This document shows, piece after piece, positions 15,911 to 20,000 of a stretch of DNA of 20,000 nucleotides (the stretch's first letter is position 1; every line of letters starts with the position of its first letter). A program made the position numbers and the translations under genes. This stretch comes from an uncultured virus (IMG/VR IMGVR_UViG_3300020213_000033) (Duplodnaviria; Heunggongvirae; Uroviricota; Caudoviricetes), in the IMG/VR virus record IMGVR_UViG_3300020213_000033; one strand, given 5' to 3'. The notes under the pieces are model-generated. The model saw only the letters and a program-made list of their open reading frames with translations, did not search any database and was not told where the DNA came from.

Positions 15911-16345
15911 CTATTGCTCCCTCACCGGGAGCGCCCGGTCCAAAAAGTAGCTTACTGGAATGGCTGACGGCGCTGGCGTGCGAATCCCCAGCAGCGCGTC
16001 TGCATTGCCATACTCAATCAATGTCGACGTGACCACGGGGTCTGCCGCCATGCCCCACTCCCCCGGCGCGTAGCCGAGGCGATAGATGGCTTTGCTAGTA
16101 GGGTTGAACGTCGGCCCATCCTCGCGGACCCACCCGGCCATCTGCCCCGCGTCGCCCAATGTGTTCGCCACGGCGAGCCGCTCCGGTGGCACGAGCGCCG
16201 ACACGACAGGCACGGGCGCGACGAGTGGGCCTGGCACCGTCACGGTGATCCGCGTGCCCACCGGCAGCGTCGTGACGGGGCCGTTGGTGTCGCACCGCAT
16301 CGTGCGCCTGATGTCACCGTCCGCATACCCCGCTCTCACGCTCAC
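15911..16345 (-). CDS. Hypothetical protein (144 aa) resembling the C-terminal cap of beta-helix glycanase-like proteins
   Basis: GTG start; IYRLGY...DP.V..TLIEYGN.D...IP.SYFL pattern; abuts the next gene. Confidence 0.5.
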   Translation of the reverse strand: MSVRAGYADGDIRRTMRCDTNGPVTTLPVGTRITVTVPGPLVAPVPVVSALVPPERLAVANTLGDAGQMAGWVREDGPTFNPTSKAIYRLGYAPGEWGMAADPVVTSTLIEYGNADALLGIRTPAPSAIPVSYFLDRALPVREQ

Positions 16346-16362
16346 GACCGTGCAGGAGTAGG

Positions 16363-16809
16363 TCAGGGGCGTCGGAGCCGGAGGTTGCTCGGCGCAGGAC
16401 GCACCGCCCCCGGACGCACAAAAGGGTGACTGCGCGCACTCTCTGGAGAGACGCCAGCGCTACTGATGGCCGCGAGTGTCGAATCGTAGGTCAGCGTCAA
16501 CGAGAAGGGAAGGGCGAAGAGGGGGCCACCGGCCGTCTCGTCCCGCACGCAATCGGTCGTGTCCCCAGCGTCTCGGAGGAATCGGATCTGCGTCGGGTTA
16601 GCCTGAGTGCCGCTGACCGCCAACACCGCCTGACCACAGAGCGCCTGCGCGGCAGGGAACGTGAACGTCGTGATCGGAGAGGCAGCGCCGAGGTTGTAGA
16701 TCGACAGCCGGTAGTCCGTGACCGCCTGCGCCTCAGCCTGAGACGACGCCAGCAGCGACAGCGAGAGCAAGAGCGCGACGAGCAGCGATCGTGAGAGCCT
16801 TAACATCAT
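16363..16809 (-). CDS. Secreted FN3-like protein (148 aa)
   Basis: Signal peptide ending AEAQA; YRL.IY...Y..TLAA....G.SPES..S.PF...PAPSNLRL; GAGG RBS. Confidence 0.75.
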   Translation of the reverse strand: MMLRLSRSLLVALLLSLSLLASSQAEAQAVTDYRLSIYNLGAASPITTFTFPAAQALCGQAVLAVSGTQANPTQIRFLRDAGDTTDCVRDETAGGPLFALPFSLTLTYDSTLAAISSAGVSPESARSHPFVRPGAVRPAPSNLRLRRP

Positions 16810-16960
16810 GCAGTGCCTCTTTCTGTTCCGACCATAACGTGCATCCGTAGTCCGCTGCCGTGACCACCATAATCATCGGCGCGTCGGGATTGCGGCACAC
16901 CATCGCAGCGTAGTGTGTCGACCAATCCCAGTGCGTACAGTCGTTACACCGTCTCGCCAT
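16733..16960 (-). CDS. Small Cys-rich phage protein (75 aa)
   Basis: RCNDCTHW...C.......DYGCTLW four-Cys pattern typical of small phage proteins; overlaps the next gene by 77 bp. Confidence 0.55.
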   Translation of the reverse strand: MARRCNDCTHWDWSTHYAAMVCRNPDAPMIMVVTAADYGCTLWSEQKEALHDVKALTIAARRALALAVAAGVVSG

Positions 16961-17058
16961 GATTCACGACCGGCGCCGCCGACTCACCTGCGGAGACTCC
17001 CGCTCGATGTTCCCAGCCAGCGACGCCGATATGCCATCGTCGTTCTCCTGCGCGCCGA

Positions 17059-17799
17059 CTATGACGCGGTGATGCTGAGGTCGATCTGCACGTCGAGCAG
17101 CTCGCTCGACTGCAGCAGCTTCGATCCGACTGAGAACAAGCCGCCGCCGAAGAGTAGGCCCGTGGTGCCCCCCTTTGTGTTGTTGCTCGACAAAAAGCCG
17201 CCGAAGATGCGCGTGTTAGCGGCGTTGACGGTAAATCGCGCCTTGCTCGAGCTGTTCGACATGGCGCCCGAGCTCGGCACGCCGTTCTTGGTCCACGTCT
17301 GGCGGTTGGCCTCGCTGTAGGCGGTCAGCTCGTTGAACGACTTCGTGGCCATGACATCGAGAGGCCGCGGCTCGATGGCGTAGGCGGCCACGGTCTGTGT
17401 CGTGCCGGCGTTGGCGTTCGCGACCGCCGCCGTCGTCGTCGAGCGACTGAGAATGGTCGTGATCAGGTCGAGACCAGCCGCGCCGGCGCCCACGATGATG
17501 ACGTCGCTGCCCACGTCGGTCGCCTGGAAGCTGGTGCTGGTGCCGGTGATGGCGGCCGCGGCGCTTGTGATGGCCACGGTGCCCGTGTTCGCGCCGATGA
17601 GGCCGACGTGCCAGGCCACGCTGCCGGGCACGGCGTCGAACGTGTTGCCAAGCAGGCTATTGCGCCCCTCGTCTACCACGAGGTTGTCGAACTCATGATC
17701 CCATAGCGGCGTGAGGAGCCCGGTCAGGGGATCGGGGCGGAAGGCCTCGAAGCGCCAGTGGGCGGTGATCTTGATCCGGTCAAGTAGTCTGGTCTGCAT
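17059..17799 (-). CDS. Putative virion structural/tail protein (246 aa)
   Basis: NLVVDEGRN.LL...W.VGLI...Y....RQTW...SNS...A.FT...IFGGFL pattern of phage tail-associated proteins, with a Thr/Ala-rich insert. Confidence 0.7.
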   Translation of the reverse strand: MQTRLLDRIKITAHWRFEAFRPDPLTGLLTPLWDHEFDNLVVDEGRNSLLGNTFDAVPGSVAWHVGLIGANTGTVAITSAAAAITGTSTSFQATDVGSDVIIVGAGAAGLDLITTILSRSTTTAAVANANAGTTQTVAAYAIEPRPLDVMATKSFNELTAYSEANRQTWTKNGVPSSGAMSNSSSKARFTVNAANTRIFGGFLSSNNTKGGTTGLLFGGGLFSVGSKLLQSSELLDVQIDLSITAS

Positions 17800-17808
17800 G
17801 ATGGGCCT

Positions 17809-18240
17809 CTAGGTGATGCGCGCGAGTGAAATGACGCGGTAGCGCACTTCACGGGTGAGCGTCGCCGCCCCGCCTCCCGTGCGCGTGTAGGTGACTTGCA
17901 GTGTGAGCCGGTGATACTCGTACGAGACGTCGTTCACGGACACTATCACGGCATCGCCCGGATCGAGCAGCAGCGTGAAGACGCCCACACCCGCGGCGCG
18001 CGGCGGGACGGCGGACGGGCCATCGACGAGCGAGCCTCCGTTGAGGTTATGGACGTTCTGAGCCACGCGGCCGTTGATCGTCGTTCCGTTTGGCAGCGCA
18101 TCGAGCCATGCGACGATCGTTTGCACGGCGCCGATCGCGAGCACGGCGCCGCTCGCCTCGACGAACTCGCACTGATACTCGTGTGACGAGCCTTCTGGTA
18201 CGTCGGTGTCCTGGCCTGCGAACACTTTGATCGCGGACAT
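17809..18240 (-). CDS. Putative virion-associated Ig-like/BppU-N-like protein (143 aa)
   Basis: All-beta pattern; GGAG RBS; located among tail-like genes. Confidence 0.55.
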   Translation of the reverse strand: MSAIKVFAGQDTDVPEGSSHEYQCEFVEASGAVLAIGAVQTIVAWLDALPNGTTINGRVAQNVHNLNGGSLVDGPSAVPPRAAGVGVFTLLLDPGDAVIVSVNDVSYEYHRLTLQVTYTRTGGGAATLTREVRYRVISLARIT

Positions 18241-18381
18241 CTATCGCGCTCCCCTCGTCAGATCTGGCGCCGCGTCGTGTGTGAATTCGTGGCCGCAGCA
18301 GTCGCAGGCGTATCGCCCTGGCCGGCCCTGCACTGGCGTGGCTGGCGTGGCCGTGTCACAGCCCTTCGGGCATCGAATCAT
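18241..18381 (-). CDS. Small zinc-ribbon protein (46 aa)
   Basis: Not in the ORF track. ATGA coupling at 18378-18381; MIRCPKGC...YACDCCGHEF; TAG abuts the next ATG. Confidence 0.65.
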   Translation of the reverse strand: MIRCPKGCDTATPATPVQGRPGRYACDCCGHEFTHDAAPDLTRGAR

Positions 18382-18524
18382 GTTCTGCGGCATGGCGGCT
18401 TGGCTTTCTTCGCTTTCCGTGCTTTCGCGGCCTTCGCTTTACGCGTCGCCTCTGATTTCTTGGCGAGGGCATCGAGCGCCCGCTGAATGTGCAGCGGATG
18501 ATCGTCGGTGTCCTGGTCAGGCAT
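18378..18524 (-). CDS. Small Lys/Ala-rich basic protein (48 aa)
   Basis: Not in the ORF track. MPDQDTDDHPLHIQRALDALAKKSEATRKAKAAKARKAKKAKPPCRRT*; overlaps both neighbours. Confidence 0.55.
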   Translation of the reverse strand: MPDQDTDDHPLHIQRALDALAKKSEATRKAKAAKARKAKKAKPPCRRT

Positions 18525-18618
18525 CAGGCGCCGCCTTGTTCTTCAGCTTTTTGACGATGGCGTCAGCGGCTTTCGGCGCGGCCCAGGCCACGAGCTTTCT
18601 CAGCCAGCTCCAACTCAT
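18517..18618 (-). CDS. 33-aa cationic amphipathic peptide
   Basis: Not in the ORF track. GGAGG RBS; ATGA-coupled to the amidase stop; MSWSWLRKLVAWAAPKAADAIVKKLKNKAAPDA*. Confidence 0.65.
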   Translation of the reverse strand: MSWSWLRKLVAWAAPKAADAIVKKLKNKAAPDA

Positions 18619-19157
18619 GATTCCGCCTCCACGAGAAAGAGTGGCGACACCGGGTATTGCCCTGGCGCGATGCCGTCCGCATCGTGCCCATTGAACGGAT
18701 CATAGCCCAGCGCCGCGAGTGCTAGTCGGTCACCAAGAGGTGAGGCGACCGGCAGCGGCACCGCTGCGCCAATTCCCACGCGAAGTGCTCGCGCGCAGAA
18801 CTCGGCGCATTGCATTTTGTAATTTTCGGCCCCAGACTTTCTCGCCAGGAAAAAGATGAGCCCACCGAGCCAGTCATAGCCCTGGCCATCGACGTACGGA
18901 AACCACTGCCGAACCGCGGCCATGGAGAACGGCACCCACGGACGAAGCCGCAGGATCATCAGCAGCCCCTCAGTCCGTATCGGATAGCGCGCCACGCCGA
19001 GCCCGTTACGTGACGCGAAGGAGTAGCCGCCACCGTCGTACATCTCCACGTGTCCGTAACGGCTCCACGTCTTCACGCGAATGACACGAGACACCCATCC
19101 CGTGCCGCCGTAAAGCAGTAAGTCGCCTGGCTTCAGCCGCTCGAGTGACAGCGGCAT
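18615..19157 (-). CDS. Permuted papain-like NlpC/P60 enzyme (YiiX/YaeF-like amidase), 180 aa
   Basis: True start is ATG 19157 (TAATG). LKPGDLLLY...SRVIR..T.S.YGHV (His), G.GYDW, KMQCAEF (Cys after His, the permuted order). Confidence 0.85.
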   Translation of the reverse strand: MPLSLERLKPGDLLLYGGTGWVSRVIRVKTWSRYGHVEMYDGGGYSFASRNGLGVARYPIRTEGLLMILRLRPWVPFSMAAVRQWFPYVDGQGYDWLGGLIFFLARKSGAENYKMQCAEFCARALRVGIGAAVPLPVASPLGDRLALAALGYDPFNGHDADGIAPGQYPVSPLFLVEAES

Positions 19158-19864
19158 TATGGCACCGGGCAGAACGTCACGTCCGTCGACCCACCGAAGG
19201 CTTTCGGCACGCGGCCCCGCAAACAGGGCAGCACGCCTGGCTTGAAGGGTTCCACCGTCATGCGCCACGCGTTGATTTCGCGGGCGTCATGTGCCGCCGA
19301 GGCCGCCTCGGTGCGCGCACGCTCAGCCGTGTCGCGGGCGTCGAGCGCGAGCCCGGCCACCCCGTCCAGCTTCACCTGGAGCGCCGCGATAGCCGCAAGC
19401 ACCGGCTGTAGGTTGATGCCGGCCGGCGGCGGTGGCGGTGGCGGCGTGATGCTCCCTGCGCCAGCGGGACGCGGCGGGAGGTAGACGTTCTGGACGGGCG
19501 GGAGTATCTCCCCGCCGTGGCAGGTGAAGCTATAGCCATCCGCGCCAGCATTGGGGATGCAATCCCAGAACTGCCGCGAGCGGCATTGCACAATCACGTC
19601 ATCGCTCTGGGGCCGGCCGCCGCCGCCGTCTTTGATGCACCACGACGTGTCAGGCGTTGGGTTGAAGACCGGATGCCCGAAGTGGATCACGCCGACGACG
19701 CGCGCCCAGAAGACGTTGCGGGATTCTCGTGTGCTTGACGCGCCGAGGTTGACGCGCTCGGCATCGTGGATCGCCTGCGCGATGGCCGGCACACGGTCAA
19801 TCGAGACTTGCGCCTGCGCCGGCACGGCTGCCAACAGCGCCACGAGCATCATCATTCGTCGCAT
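19157..19864 (-). CDS. Secreted protein (235 aa) with a poly-Pro linker and a C-terminal coiled coil
   Basis: AGGAG RBS before ATG 19864; signal peptide MRRMMMLVALLAAVPAQAQ; Cys-containing globular domain, a poly-Pro run, then a helical tail. Confidence 0.75.
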   Translation of the reverse strand: MRRMMMLVALLAAVPAQAQVSIDRVPAIAQAIHDAERVNLGASSTRESRNVFWARVVGVIHFGHPVFNPTPDTSWCIKDGGGGRPQSDDVIVQCRSRQFWDCIPNAGADGYSFTCHGGEILPPVQNVYLPPRPAGAGSITPPPPPPPAGINLQPVLAAIAALQVKLDGVAGLALDARDTAERARTEAASAAHDAREINAWRMTVEPFKPGVLPCLRGRVPKAFGGSTDVTFCPVP

Positions 19865-19866
19865 CA

Positions 19867-19998
19867 CTACACTCCTACTGCCGCGAGTAACCGCGGCTGC
19901 ATAACCAGCACGTCGAGCCCGCGCATACCCGGCCGTGAATGCCAGTCGAAAATCCACGCCGACACGACACGCGGGTGGGCCATCCACCGCGCTGTCCC
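19867..19998 (-). CDS. C-terminal end of an upstream ORF (partial)
   Basis: Open frame GTARWMAHPRVVSAWIFDWHSRPGMRGLDVLVMQPRLLAAVGV* ending 2 nt before the next ATG; the choice of frame is uncertain. Confidence 0.35.
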   Translation of the reverse strand, partial: GTARWMAHPRVVSAWIFDWHSRPGMRGLDVLVMQPRLLAAVGV

Positions 19999-20000
19999 CG

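Noticed and set aside
16984..17037. 17-codon ORF MAYRRRWLGTSSGSLRR with AGGAG upstream
   Set aside because: Too short to support from sequence alone, though the RBS leaves it possible.
142..19904. Numerous long plus-strand ORFs (e.g. 558..1409, 2771..3577, 3613..4473, 11567..12517, 12303..13316)
   Set aside because: Antisense shadows of well-supported minus-strand genes in GC-rich DNA; no motifs or RBS.

Overview
GC-rich segment of a tailed-phage or prophage genome. All credible genes lie on the minus strand and are tightly coupled through ATGA/TGATG/TAATG overlaps. In transcription order (right to left): (i) the end of a virion/lysis-like block (secreted proteins, a permuted papain-like NlpC/P60 enzyme, a 33-aa cationic peptide, small Cys-rich ORFs, tail-like proteins); (ii) a recombination/replication block (small regulator, Mgm101/Rad52-like annealing protein, PD-(D/E)XK exonuclease, HNH protein, coiled-coil protein, intein-containing SF2 helicase, a ~500-bp structured non-coding gap, putative helicase loader, DnaB, N4/N6 MTase, RuvC-like resolvase); (iii) an LmbU-like/MT-A70 fusion, terminase small subunit, small accessory ORFs and the start of a phage Dam-type MTase. 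The most striking feature is the 311-aa intein in helicase motif II. It has no recognisable in-frame nuclease; instead a 203-aa Vsr/DUF559-like endonuclease with its own RBS is nested inside it in the +1 frame, so both frames stay open for about 600 bp. All family assignments come from recognising motifs by eye; no database search was run.
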